DNA of 64,000 bases from an uncultured delta proteobacterium (GTDB lineage Bacteria; Desulfobacterota; RBG-13-43-22), in the NCBI GenBank assembly GCA_963843145.1, contig CAWJJC010000028.1, forward strand, positions 640,001 through 704,000, written 5' to 3'. Numbering within the stretch: the stretch's first letter is position 1; every line of letters begins with the position of its first letter. The notes beneath the pieces were generated by a model that was not told the DNA's origin, searched no databases, and saw only the letters and a program-made list of their open reading frames with translations. Shown here in pieces: positions 1 to 9,710 of the stretch. A program made the translations under genes and the position numbers.

Positions 1-457
1 GGCCATCCGGTCCGAACTTCAAGTCAAAATCAACCTGGCCATTACCGTTTCCTCCCTGGGGGTCATGCACCAGGCTTTGTACAGGGCCAAGGAATATGGC
101 GCGGACGCTGAGGAGGGGGAAAAGCCGCCTCTGGCCTATCAGGAAATTCGGTACCGGCTGGCGGAGATGTTCGCCCTTTACCAGACCGCGCAGCTTCTGG
201 CCTATCGCGCGGCCTGGATGCTGGAGCAGGGGATAGCTGAGGCGAATACGGTAGTGGATTCCGCCAAGGTGTTTATCACCGAAGCGGCCGAGGAGGTGAC
301 CCGCGGGGCCATGCAGATCGCGTCCCTGGACGGTTACCTGGGGAGCAATACCCTGGAAGCGGGTTTTCGGGATGCCCGCTTCGGCCCGGTGGCCGGAGAA
401 TCCTCGGAAGTGCTGCGGATGCGGATTGCAAATGATTGTTTGAGGAAATATGCGTGA
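1..457 (+). CDS. acyl-CoA dehydrogenase, C-terminal part (truncated by window edge)
   Basis: ACAD C-terminal motifs YQEIRYRLAEM, SAKVFITEAA, AMQIASLDGY, FRDARFGPVAGESSEVLR. Confidence 0.85.
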   Translation, partial: AIRSELQVKINLAITVSSLGVMHQALYRAKEYGADAEEGEKPPLAYQEIRYRLAEMFALYQTAQLLAYRAAWMLEQGIAEANTVVDSAKVFITEAAEEVTRGAMQIASLDGYLGSNTLEAGFRDARFGPVAGESSEVLRMRIANDCLRKYA

Positions 458-499
458 AAAAATGAAACCAACCACCGTTCTCGGGCGTATGCTTTTCGT

Positions 500-578
500 T
501 GTCATCCCGGACTCGATCCGGGATCCAGAAAACTCGAAAATCCCGCAGGCCTGGATTCCGGCTTTCGCCGGAATGACG
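500..578. repeat. CGTC/TGTC-type palindromic repeat (REP-like), copy 1
   Basis: gtcatcccggactcgatccgggatccag...ctggattccggctttcgccggaatgac: two hairpins in inverted arrangement, with related copies elsewhere in the window. Confidence 0.85.
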
Positions 579-628
579 GCTCTACGGCCGGCACCAGTTA
601 TTCGATATTGATAAGGGTTCATTAGAAA

Positions 629-2245
629 ATGGAAGTCATCGAAACCAGAATAGATAAGAATTCTACCGAATTCCGGGAAAACGATGAGCACAACCGGAGC
701 TTGGTGGCCAGACTCCAGGAAGCCCTGCGCCAGGCTCGGGAAGAGCGCTCGGAAAAGGCCCTGGTCCGAATGCGTGAGCAGGGAAAGCTTTCGGTCCGGG
801 AACGGCTGGATCTATTATTGGATAAGAATACCCCTTTTCTGGAGATCGCCCCACTGGCCGCTTTTGATATGTATGATAAGAAAGTGCACGCGGCCGGGAT
901 CATCGCCGGGATCGGAGTGGTGGAAGGACGGGAAGTGCTGGTCCATGCCAATGATTCCCTGATCAAAGGCGGGACCATTTATCCCCTGGGGGTCAAGAAG
1001 GGCCTGCGGATCCAGACCATCTGTATGGAAAACCGTTTGCCGGTGGTCAACCTGGTGGACTCCGGCGGGGCCTACCTGCCTCTGCAATCGGAAATTTTTC
1101 CCGATGCCGACGACGGCGGCCGGATTTTCTACAACCAGGCGATCATCTCCAAGATGGGCATTCCCCAGATCTGCGGGGTCATGGGCCTCTGCACAGCCGG
1201 GGCGGCTTACATTCCGGCTATGAGCGATGAGGTGGTCCAGGTCAAAGGAACCGGAGCCATTTTTTTGGGCGGCCCGCCGTTGGTGCTGGCGGCCACCGGG
1301 GAGGAAGTAACGGCCGACGAACTGGGCGGGGCCAATGTCCATTGCCGCCAGTCCGGGGTCTCCGACTATTTTGCCGAGGACGACGCCCACTGCATCGATT
1401 TGATTCGACAGATCGTCAAGAACCTGCCTCCGGCACAAAAAGCGGAGGTCGGGCAGCGGGCGGCGCGGCCCCCGGTCTATGAGCCGAAAGAGTTGTACGG
1501 GATCATTCCCCAGCGGATCAGTACCCCTTATGACGTAAGAGAGGTCATCGCCCGGATGGTGGACGGAAGCGAATTCCTGGAATTCAAGGCCTTGTACGGG
1601 CCGACCCTGGTCTGCGGCTGGGCCTACATCCATGGCTACCCCGTAGGCATCCTCGGCAATAACGGTATTCTTTTTTCCGACAGCGCTCTCAAGGCCACCC
1701 AATTCATCCAGCTTTGCGATAAAAGGGGAATTCCCTTGCTGTTTTTGCAGAACATCGCCGGGTATATCATCGGAAAAGAATACGAACGGATCGGCATCAC
1801 CAAGGACGGGCATAAGATGGTCAACGCCGTAGCCACGGCCACGGTGCCCAAGTTCACGGTAATCCTCGGGGCTTCCTTCGGGGCCGGCAATTACGGCATG
1901 TGCGGCCGGGCCTATTCGCCGCGTTTTTTATGGATGTGGCCGAACGCCCAGATCGGGGTTATGGGCGGAGAACAGGCCGCCGATGTACTGATCACCGTCA
2001 AGAACGACCAGTTGGCCCGGGAAGGGCAGCCGCCCCTGCCGGAGGAAATGGTGGGGCAGATCCGCGGGCCGATCATCGCCTCGGCCTTTCGGGAAGGCAA
2101 CGCCTACTACTCCACGTCCAACCTTTGGGACGACGGAATCCTGGATCCGGCCAAGACCCGGGACGTGCTGGGGCTGGCCATCTCGGCCGCCCTGAATGCC
2201 CCGATTCGCAGTGGGGCCTATGGGTACGGCACTTTTCGGATGTAA
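629..2245 (+). CDS. acyl-CoA carboxylase carboxyltransferase (beta) subunit, methylcrotonyl-/geranyl-CoA carboxylase type
   Basis: 538 aa; KGGTIYP, LVDSGGAYLPLQ, CTAGAAYIPAMSD, GAGNYGMCGRAYSPRFLW. Confidence 0.92.
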   Translation: MEVIETRIDKNSTEFRENDEHNRSLVARLQEALRQAREERSEKALVRMREQGKLSVRERLDLLLDKNTPFLEIAPLAAFDMYDKKVHAAGIIAGIGVVEGREVLVHANDSLIKGGTIYPLGVKKGLRIQTICMENRLPVVNLVDSGGAYLPLQSEIFPDADDGGRIFYNQAIISKMGIPQICGVMGLCTAGAAYIPAMSDEVVQVKGTGAIFLGGPPLVLAATGEEVTADELGGANVHCRQSGVSDYFAEDDAHCIDLIRQIVKNLPPAQKAEVGQRAARPPVYEPKELYGIIPQRISTPYDVREVIARMVDGSEFLEFKALYGPTLVCGWAYIHGYPVGILGNNGILFSDSALKATQFIQLCDKRGIPLLFLQNIAGYIIGKEYERIGITKDGHKMVNAVATATVPKFTVILGASFGAGNYGMCGRAYSPRFLWMWPNAQIGVMGGEQAADVLITVKNDQLAREGQPPLPEEMVGQIRGPIIASAFREGNAYYSTSNLWDDGILDPAKTRDVLGLAISAALNAPIRSGAYGYGTFRM

Positions 2246-2283
2246 AGCTGGGAGGCGTAATGCTCCACTGCCTAGGAAAAGGT

Positions 2284-2372
2284 CGTCATTCCGGACAAGC
2301 GAAGCGGGATCCGGAATCCAGGGCCGTTGGGGCTTCAAATGCCCTGGATCCCGGATCGAGTCCGGGATGACG
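2284..2372. repeat. CGTC-type palindromic repeat, copy 2
   Basis: cgtcattccggacaagcgaagcgggatccggaatccag...ctggatcccggatcgagtccgggatgacg. Confidence 0.85.
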
Positions 2373-2407
2373 GCAAAGACAAATGCCTAAAAAAGGTATG
2401 CAAGGGT

Positions 2408-3896
2408 ATGTTTAAGAAAGTTCTTAATCGCCAATCGCGGGGAAATCGCCGTCCGGATTATCCGCACCTGCCGGGAAATGGGCATCCAAACCGTAGGGGT
2501 TTATTCCGAGGCGGATAAAACGGCCCTCCACGTCCTGGAGGCCGAAGAGGCTGTCGGTCTGGGCTCGGCCGAGCCGATCCTGAGCTACCTGAACATCGAT
2601 CGCCTGCTGGAGGCCGCCCGGCAAACGGGGGCCGAGGCAATTCATCCCGGATACGGCTTTCTAGCTGAAAATCCGGAATTCGCCGAACGCTGTCAGCAAG
2701 CGAACATCGTTTTTATCGGCCCTCCGGCCAGGGCCATCCGTGACTTGGGCAGCAAGACGACGGCCCGAACTATTATGCTTCAGACCGGGGTGCCGGTTAT
2801 ACCCGGCCTGAACCAGACTTCCGTGGACCTGGAGGTCTTTTCCCGGGAGGCCGAGCGATTGGAGTATCCGGTCATTATCAAGGCCGCCGCCGGTGGAGGA
2901 GGCAAGGGGATGCGGACCGTCTACGATCCGGGCGATTTGGCGGAGGCCTTTCAATCTTGTCAAAGCGAAGCGGAAAAGGCTTTCGGAGACGGGTCCCTTT
3001 ATCTGGAGAAACATTTGGAAGGGCCGCGGCACGTGGAGTTTCAGGTCCTGGCCGACTCCTTCGGGAACGTAGTACATCTTTTTGAGCGGGAATGTTCCAT
3101 CCAGCGGCGTCACCAGAAGATCATTGAAGAAACCCCCTCGCCGGCGTTGACGCCGGACCTCCGACGGCAAATGGGGCAGGCGGCGGTGGCTGCCGCCCGG
3201 GCCTCGGGGTACGTCAATGCGGGCACCGTAGAATTCCTACTGGACCGGGAGGGGCGTTTCTACTTTCTGGAAGTGAACACCCGGTTGCAGGTGGAGCACC
3301 CCATTACCGAGGTCACGACCGGCCTCGATCTGGTCCGCTGCCAATTGGAAATCGCCGCCGGGCAGGCCCTGTCTTTCCGGCAGGAAGAGATCCAGCCCAG
3401 GGGCCATGCCATCGAATGCCGGATCTATGCCGAAAACCCGGAGGCCCAATTCTTCCCTTCTCCCGGGAAGATCCTCTATCTTCGGGAACCATCCGGACCC
3501 GGAATCCGGATGGACAGCGGGATCCGGGCCGGGTTCGACGTGCCGATGGAATACGACCCCATATTAGCTAAACTGATCGTCTATGCCGAAAACCGGGAGG
3601 CGGCCCGGAAGCGGATGATCCGGGCACTGGAAAATACCGTTATCCTGGGAATCCAGACCACGATCCCCTTTCTCCTGGAGGTATTTAAAACCACGGAATT
3701 CAAGGAAGGGCGGACCCGGACCGATTTCATCGACCGTCATTTTGAGGGCTGGAAGCCGGATCGGGGGAAAGCCGACCTGGCCAGGATAGCCTTTGCGGTC
3801 CATGACCGGTCCCCGAGGGAAAGCCCGGCCGGAGAAAAACCCTTGGCGCCGGACAGAAGGAGTCCCTGGCAGACTCTGGGGGAATGGAGACTCTAG
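2408..3896 (+). CDS. accC: biotin carboxylase subunit; +1 frameshift near 2425
   Basis: ATG 2408 reads MFKKVL, then IANRGEIAVRIIRTCREMG continues in the next frame; HPGYGFLAEN, GGGGKGMR, ERECSIQRRHQK, EVNTRLQVEH. Confidence 0.9.
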
Positions 3897-3897
3897 A

Positions 3898-4411
3898 ATG
3901 TCCGGGCGCTGCGAATTAAAAATCGGAAATGAGACCAAAACGCTGGAGTGGCTGCCGGGGGAAGATCCGGATGGGGCTCGGATCCGAATTGGCGAAGCGG
4001 AATATATGGTTTTCTTTCAGGCCGTCGATGACCACCAGGTTCTGATGCAAGTGGACGGGCGGACGGTCCGGGCCTTCGTCGCCGGGGACGCGAACAGGAA
4101 ATATGTGTTTATTGAGGGCGAGGTCTTCGGGGTTGAGGAATTGGATCAGGCCCGGAAACGAAAAAAACGGGCGCGCCTGGATGAAAGTCCGGGAGAGGTG
4201 ACCCCCCCCATGCCCGCCGTGGTGGTCCGTATTCTGGTTCAAGATGGGGGAGGAGGTCGTCAAAGGACAGGGCTTGGTGGTGGTCTCGGCCATGAAGATG
4301 GAAACGACCCTGAAGGCCCCGTATAACGGCCTGGTGAAAAAAATAAATACCGCCTTGCAGGCCAAGGTCATGCCGGGAGAGCGATTAGTCGAGATCGAGG
4401 AAAGGGAGTAG
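3898..4411 (+). CDS. biotin carboxyl carrier subunit with N-terminal linker domain; +1 frameshift in the G-run at 4246-4250
   Basis: TPPMPAVVVRILVQDG, then the shifted frame gives EEVVKGQGLVVVSAMKMETTLKAP (MKM biotinylation motif), ending at TAG 4409-4411. Confidence 0.85.
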
Positions 4412-4569
4412 TGACGGACGCGCCTTAAGCCCGTCAGCAGTCCGAGCGCGATTTAGCGCCGGTCTGGGGTGAGGGTGGGACCATTTGAATTCACTTCAAA
4501 TGGCGGGGGAGGGGAAGCCCTTCCCCGCCGAGCAGAAAGTCGTTTTTGGACTTTTTGCGAGGTTATCAA
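4412..4569. mobile_element. MITE-like dispersed element, copy 1
   Basis: Highly similar to 55963-56128; internal hairpins ccatttgaa/ttcaaatgg and ggcgggg/ccccgcc; ends gactttttgcgaggttatca. Confidence 0.75.
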
Positions 4570-4574
4570 TAATC

Positions 4575-5351
4575 ATGAGCGACGATCTCCTCTACGAAGT
4601 CAAAGATCAGACGGCCTTCCTGACCATCAACCGGGAAGACCGCCGAAACGCCATCAGCCAGGAAATGATCTCGATGTTTCACTCCTGCCTGGACCAGGCC
4701 GACCGGGATGAGACGGTTCGGGCTGTCTGTTTGACGGCTAAAGGAGACCGGGCCTTCTGTTCGGGGGCCGATCTAGGCCTCACCCTGGCCGGGGAAGGGG
4801 AAGACCGGTTGGCCGGGGCCAAGAATTATGCGGCTTTGATGAAAAAAATGTCTCGCTTCGGAAAGCCTTCCGTAGCCCGGGTAAACGGAGCCTGTCTGGC
4901 CGGCGGATTGGGGCTGATGCTTTCCTGCGATATCGCCATCGCCCGCCAGGACGTCTCCTTCTGGACCCCGGAGGTCAACGTCGGGATATTCCCCATGATG
5001 GTGGGCGCCCTGCTGATCCGACAGGTGGGCTGGAAAAAGATGATGGATATGGTTTTGACCGGGAGGAAGGTTCCGGCAACGGAAGCGGAGCGGATCGGCC
5101 TGATTTCCCGGGCGGTGGCGCCGGAGCGCCTGGATGAAGAGGTACAGGAGGTATTAAAGGGACTGACGGCCAAGAGCCCGATCGGGTTGCGGATCGGGAA
5201 AGAGGCCTTTCGGACCATGGCCGAGAAGCCCTTCGACGACGCGGTGGACTTTCTCTGCGAAGCGCTGGGCCGGGCCGTTTCCACGGAAGATGCGCTGGAA
5301 GGCATGATGGCCTTTATCGAAAAACGGGAACCGAATTTCAGGGGCCGCTGA
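4575..5351 (+). CDS. enoyl-CoA hydratase/isomerase (methylglutaconyl-CoA hydratase-like)
   Basis: LTINREDRRNAIS, AFCSGADL, ACLAGGLGLMLSCD, PEVNVG; ATG at 4575. Confidence 0.88.
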   Translation: MSDDLLYEVKDQTAFLTINREDRRNAISQEMISMFHSCLDQADRDETVRAVCLTAKGDRAFCSGADLGLTLAGEGEDRLAGAKNYAALMKKMSRFGKPSVARVNGACLAGGLGLMLSCDIAIARQDVSFWTPEVNVGIFPMMVGALLIRQVGWKKMMDMVLTGRKVPATEAERIGLISRAVAPERLDEEVQEVLKGLTAKSPIGLRIGKEAFRTMAEKPFDDAVDFLCEALGRAVSTEDALEGMMAFIEKREPNFRGR

Positions 5352-6164
5352 ATGAATTTTGAATTAGGCCGAGATTATGATAGTCTCCGGATTGGTGACC
5401 GGGCTTCCTTTTCCAAAACGATTACCGAGTCCGATGTCTATCTGTTTGCCGGGATCAGCGGGGATTTTAATCCGCTGCACGTGAATGAGGAATTTGCCAA
5501 ATTGACCCCTTTCCGGACCCGGATCGCCCACGGCGCCCTCCCTCAAAGTCTGATTGCCCCGGTGCTGGGAACTCAACTCCCCGGTTTGGGGACGGTCGCC
5601 GTTGAAATCACCACCCGGTTCAAACGGCCGACATTTTTTGGCGACACCATTACCGCTACGGCGGAAGTGGTGGAGAAAATCGAAGCCGGGAAACGGGTCC
5701 GACTGGTCCTGACCTGGACCAACCAAAAAGGAGAAGTGATTTCCGAGGGAGAGGCGGTGGTTATTCCACCTCCGCGGATGGAAGATTTGATTAGTAAACA
5801 TAATGAGTCAAAAACCAAGAAAGAGGAGGAAACAAAAATGGGTTTTACCAATGTGAAGGAAGTGTTTGCCAAAATGTCGGAGGCCTTTAACGCCAACGCC
5901 GCCCAGGGATTGAACGCGGTTTTTCAGTTCGATATCACCGGCGATGACGGTGGAAAGTGGAACGTGGCGGTCAAGGACGGGGCCTGCGCGGTCAATGAAG
6001 GGGCCAGCGATGCCCCCACCGTCACCCTGACCATGGCGGCGGATACCTGGCTGGCAATGGTCAATAAGGAGTTGAACGGCATGCAGGCCTTTATGAGCGG
6101 CAAGCTGAAGGCTACCGGGGACATCATGCTGGCCCAGCGGTTTGCCACCATTTTCCCGGTATAA
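5352..6164 (+). CDS. MaoC/(R)-enoyl-CoA hydratase in frame with an SCP2 sterol-carrier domain (SCP2 has its own RBS and ATG at 5838)
   Basis: FAGISGDFNPLH...IAHG (MaoC); QFDITGDDGGKW...NGMQAFMSGKLKATGD (SCP2); GAGGAGG at 5823-5829. Confidence 0.85.
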   Translation: MNFELGRDYDSLRIGDRASFSKTITESDVYLFAGISGDFNPLHVNEEFAKLTPFRTRIAHGALPQSLIAPVLGTQLPGLGTVAVEITTRFKRPTFFGDTITATAEVVEKIEAGKRVRLVLTWTNQKGEVISEGEAVVIPPPRMEDLISKHNESKTKKEEETKMGFTNVKEVFAKMSEAFNANAAQGLNAVFQFDITGDDGGKWNVAVKDGACAVNEGASDAPTVTLTMAADTWLAMVNKELNGMQAFMSGKLKATGDIMLAQRFATIFPV

Positions 6165-6211
6165 GCAGCCGCCAAAGCGTATCATTTTAGCAGGGGAGGC
6201 TTCAGTTTTTC

Positions 6212-6338
6212 GTAGGGCAGGCGACCCCGCCTGCCGCCTGGGCGAGGGATAGGGTTCCCTCCACATCCAAGGTCAGGCTCAGGCGGAGGTGGTCAATTCC
6301 GGTTACGCCTAAGGCGTGACGGAGGTCGCCGTCCCTAC
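6212..6338. repeat. inverted pair of GTAG-type REP palindromes (REPIN-like)
   Basis: GTAGggcaggcgaccccgcctgcc on + and GTAGggacggcgacctccgtcacgcc on -. Confidence 0.7.
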
Positions 6339-6346
6339 AAAAGACT

Positions 6347-6404
6347 AACCGCATGATATTAATAATCAATAATCAATTGTTAATTATCAATTGATTATTG
6401 ATTA
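6347..6404. repeat. AT-rich heptamer (aataatc/aattgtt) inverted repeat
   Basis: ctaaccgcatgatattaataatcaat is the reverse complement of 49115-49140; similar tracts at 44435 and 50025. Confidence 0.7.
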
Positions 6405-6460
6405 TTGGCCAGGTTGCAGGTCAAAGAGGCTATTTACATACTAAGGAAGGCCGCCTTCCC

Positions 6461-7600
6461 ATGTCCTATCAGGAATATTTCGGGGAAACCCACCGCTTAG
6501 TGCGGCAAACGGTCCGAAAGTTCGTTGAGAGGGAGATTAACCCTTACGTCAACGAATGGGAAGAACAGGGGGAGTTCCCCCGGGAGTTGTACCGCCGGGC
6601 AGGAGAGGCCGGTATTTTAGGGATCGGCTATCCGGAAGCGTTCGGCGGGAGCGCAGGCGACTTATTTTTAAAGGTGGCTGCCATCGAGGAAATCGCCCGC
6701 TGCGGGTCCGGGGGGGTGGCGGCCGGTCTGGGTTCATTGGATATCGGGCTTCCACCAATACTCCGTTCCGGCCGGGAGAATCTGAAAAAACGTTTGATTC
6801 CGCCGATCCTGGCCGGAGAGAAAATTTGCGCTCTGGCCATTACCGAACCGAATGCCGGATCGGACGTGGGGGCCATCCGAACCCGGGCCGTTCAGGAAGG
6901 GAAGCTGTACCGGGTGAACGGCCGGAAGACCTTTATCACCAGCGGGGCTCGGGCCGATGTCTTGACCTGCGCGGTCCGGACCGGCGGTCCCGGACCCCAT
7001 GGGGTCAGCCTCCTGGTGGTCGAAACCGATACCCCGGGGTTCGAGGTGACTCGGGTCTTAAAAAAGATGGGCTGGTGGGCCTCGGATACGGCCGAGCTGG
7101 TTTTTGAGGATTGCCTGGTGCCGGTGGAAAACTTGCTGGGGGAGGAAGGCCAGGGCTTTTACGGGATCATGGCCAACTTCCAGATGGAACGCCTGCAACT
7201 GGCCCTCCTGGCCAACATGACCGCCCAACTGGCCCTGGAGGAATCGTTAAAGTATGTGAAACAACGGGAGGCCTTCGGCCGGCCCCTGGAAGGCTTTCAG
7301 GTGACCCGCCACAAGCTGGTGGATATGGCCACCTTGATCGAGGCCAGCCGTGAATTCACCTACCGCGTGGCGGCTAAAATCGAGGCCGGGTTGAACCCGG
7401 TCAAGGAAATTTCCATGGCCAAAAATTTTTCCTGTCAGGTCAGCGACCGGGTCACCTATGACGCGGTTCAGATTCACGGGGGCTATGGATATATGCGGGA
7501 ATACCTGGTGGAGCGATTGTACCGGGATAACCGGATCCTGTCCATCGGCGGTGGGACCCAGGAGATTATGAAAGAAATTATCGGCAAGCTGATGTTTTGA
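6461..7600 (+). CDS. acyl-CoA dehydrogenase (AtuD-like subfamily possible)
   Basis: ALAITEPNAGSDV, NGRKTFITSG, KKMGWWASDTAEL, QIHGGYGYMREY, IGGGTQEIMK. Confidence 0.92.
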   Translation: MSYQEYFGETHRLVRQTVRKFVEREINPYVNEWEEQGEFPRELYRRAGEAGILGIGYPEAFGGSAGDLFLKVAAIEEIARCGSGGVAAGLGSLDIGLPPILRSGRENLKKRLIPPILAGEKICALAITEPNAGSDVGAIRTRAVQEGKLYRVNGRKTFITSGARADVLTCAVRTGGPGPHGVSLLVVETDTPGFEVTRVLKKMGWWASDTAELVFEDCLVPVENLLGEEGQGFYGIMANFQMERLQLALLANMTAQLALEESLKYVKQREAFGRPLEGFQVTRHKLVDMATLIEASREFTYRVAAKIEAGLNPVKEISMAKNFSCQVSDRVTYDAVQIHGGYGYMREYLVERLYRDNRILSIGGGTQEIMKEIIGKLMF

Positions 7601-7731
7601 AGCGGGACGTACTCGGTTGGGGTTACGCCTCGAGCAGAGGAGGGAAAATCCCGGCCATCAAAAATATAGACATAGAGGATTTAAAATAAGGATTCTTTTA
7701 GGATCTACTAAAAAATGAAGGAGAAAGAACC

Positions 7732-9555
7732 ATGGGAGTAAATTATTTTAACCGGAATGAAAGAGACACCAAGTTCGTATTGTTTGAGTACCTCAATATA
7801 GCGCAACTGCTGCAATACGAGCGCTACAAGGATTTCAGCCAGGAAGATTTCGAGATGATCATCCAGGAAGGACTCAAGCTGGCCAAGGAAGTACTCGGCC
7901 CAACCATGCAGGATGGCGACCGCGAGGGTTGCCAATATGACGAGGGAAAAGTGACGGTCCCAGAATCCTTTCACCAGTGCTGGAAGGTCATAGCCGAAAA
8001 CGGCTGGGTTTCCATGTCCGGTCCCCCTGAGCGGGGAGGCCAGGGGCTTCCGGCTTCCCTGAGCGGTCTGGTGAGCGAGTTCTTCTTGGGGGCCAACATG
8101 GCCATGATGACCTATCCGGGGCTGACCACGGGCAACGCCGACGTGATCGAACATTTCGGAACCGACCTGGACCGGGAAATGTTTGTGGAAAAGCTCAATA
8201 CGGGCGTATGGACCGGGACCATGTGCCTCACCGAACCCGACGCCGGGTCGGACGCGGGCCATGCGCGGACCAAAGCCGTGCCCGTTTCCGGGTCCAGTGA
8301 CCCGCGGATCTATAACATAGAGGGCAATAAACGCTTTATCACCTGCGGGGACCACAACCTGACCGAGAATATCATTCACCTGGTCCTGGCCCGTATCGAG
8401 GGGGGCCCTCCGGGGACCAAGGGCATCAGCCTGTTTATCGTGCCCAAGGTCTGGGTGAATCCGGACGGTAGCCTCGGCGAACCCAATGATGTCTTCTGCA
8501 CCGGCATCGAGCACAAGATGGGGATCCACGGTTCCACCACCGCCTCCTTGAGCTTTGGGGAAAAAGGCCAATGCCGGGGTATCCTGCTGGGCGAACCCCA
8601 CAGCGGCATGGCCAAGATGTTTCTGATGATGAACGAGGCCCGCATGGGCTGCGGGGTTCAAGCGTTGGGTCTGGCGAGCAGCGCCTATGACGCGGCCCTT
8701 CAGTATGCCAAAGAAAGGGTCCAGGGTCCTCCGTTTACCAACCGGAAAGCGGACCGGGTCCGGATCATCGAACACGAGGACGTCCGTAGGATGCTGATGA
8801 ACCTCAAGGCCGGCAGCGAGGCCATGCGGGCCATGATCGGAAAGCTATATTACCTGATCGACGTGGCCTTGTCCGAGCCCGACGAAGCAAAAAAGAAGCA
8901 GGCCGCCAACCAGGTCGAGCTGCTGACCCCCCTGGTCAAGGCCTACTGTTCCGATTTCGGCTATAATCTCACCCGCGATGCCATGCAGGTCCTGGGCGGG
9001 GTGGGCTACTGCGCCGAGTTTCCGGTGGAACAGTATGCTCGGGACATCAAGATCGTTTCCATCTGGGAGGGAACCAACTATATCCAATCCCTGGACCTGA
9101 TCGGTCGGAAAGTCCCCATGGAGGGTGGGGCCGTTTTCCAGTCCTGGATCCAGAATATCTTCGACTTCACCAAGGAACACAAGGAGGATCCCGATTTCGC
9201 GGCGGATCTAAAGCTGCTTTTCAAGGCGGCCCAGGCCACCGGGGACTACACCCTGCGCTTCATGCAGTATTTCCAAGGGGGGAAGGCGAAGCTCATCCCC
9301 TTGGCCGCCACTCGCTTTTTGGAGTGTTTTTCCGAAGTGCTGATGGCCTTCCTGATGCTGGAGCAGGGTCTGGTCGCCCGGGAAAAGTTGAAGGGTGTGG
9401 AAGCGACCTCGGCCGACGGCTACTTCTATCGGGGCAAAATAGAAACCGTTAAATATTTTTGCCGGAATATCCTGACCAACGTCTTCTCCCGCTATACCAG
9501 CTTTCAGCAGGAAGACACCTCGGCGGTGGATATCCCGGAGGAGGCGTTCGTTTAG
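7732..9555 (+). CDS. long-type acyl-CoA dehydrogenase (FadE5-like, ~600 aa)
   Basis: GTMCLTEPDAGSD, GTKGISLFIVPK, IEHKMGIHGS, QVLGGVGYC, IWEGTNYIQ. Confidence 0.92.
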   Translation: MGVNYFNRNERDTKFVLFEYLNIAQLLQYERYKDFSQEDFEMIIQEGLKLAKEVLGPTMQDGDREGCQYDEGKVTVPESFHQCWKVIAENGWVSMSGPPERGGQGLPASLSGLVSEFFLGANMAMMTYPGLTTGNADVIEHFGTDLDREMFVEKLNTGVWTGTMCLTEPDAGSDAGHARTKAVPVSGSSDPRIYNIEGNKRFITCGDHNLTENIIHLVLARIEGGPPGTKGISLFIVPKVWVNPDGSLGEPNDVFCTGIEHKMGIHGSTTASLSFGEKGQCRGILLGEPHSGMAKMFLMMNEARMGCGVQALGLASSAYDAALQYAKERVQGPPFTNRKADRVRIIEHEDVRRMLMNLKAGSEAMRAMIGKLYYLIDVALSEPDEAKKKQAANQVELLTPLVKAYCSDFGYNLTRDAMQVLGGVGYCAEFPVEQYARDIKIVSIWEGTNYIQSLDLIGRKVPMEGGAVFQSWIQNIFDFTKEHKEDPDFAADLKLLFKAAQATGDYTLRFMQYFQGGKAKLIPLAATRFLECFSEVLMAFLMLEQGLVAREKLKGVEATSADGYFYRGKIETVKYFCRNILTNVFSRYTSFQQEDTSAVDIPEEAFV

Positions 9556-9559
9556 GTTC

Positions 9560-9668
9560 TTGAAATTCGAAGTCTGAGGTTCGAAACGGACGGTAAGGTT
9601 CAAATACCAGGAAGGTTTCTCGAACAAGGCAATCATTCACGATCGGATTTCGAGTTTCGAATTTTAGC
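9560..9668. repeat. tcgaaa/tttcga heptamer inverted-repeat element
   Basis: gaaattcgaagtctgaggttcgaaac...ggatttcgagtttcgaattt; same family as 14892 and 43393. Confidence 0.6.
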
Positions 9669-9710
9669 TTAGAATTAGGTTAGCCCGAATTTTAAAAAGA
9701 GGAGGAATCA

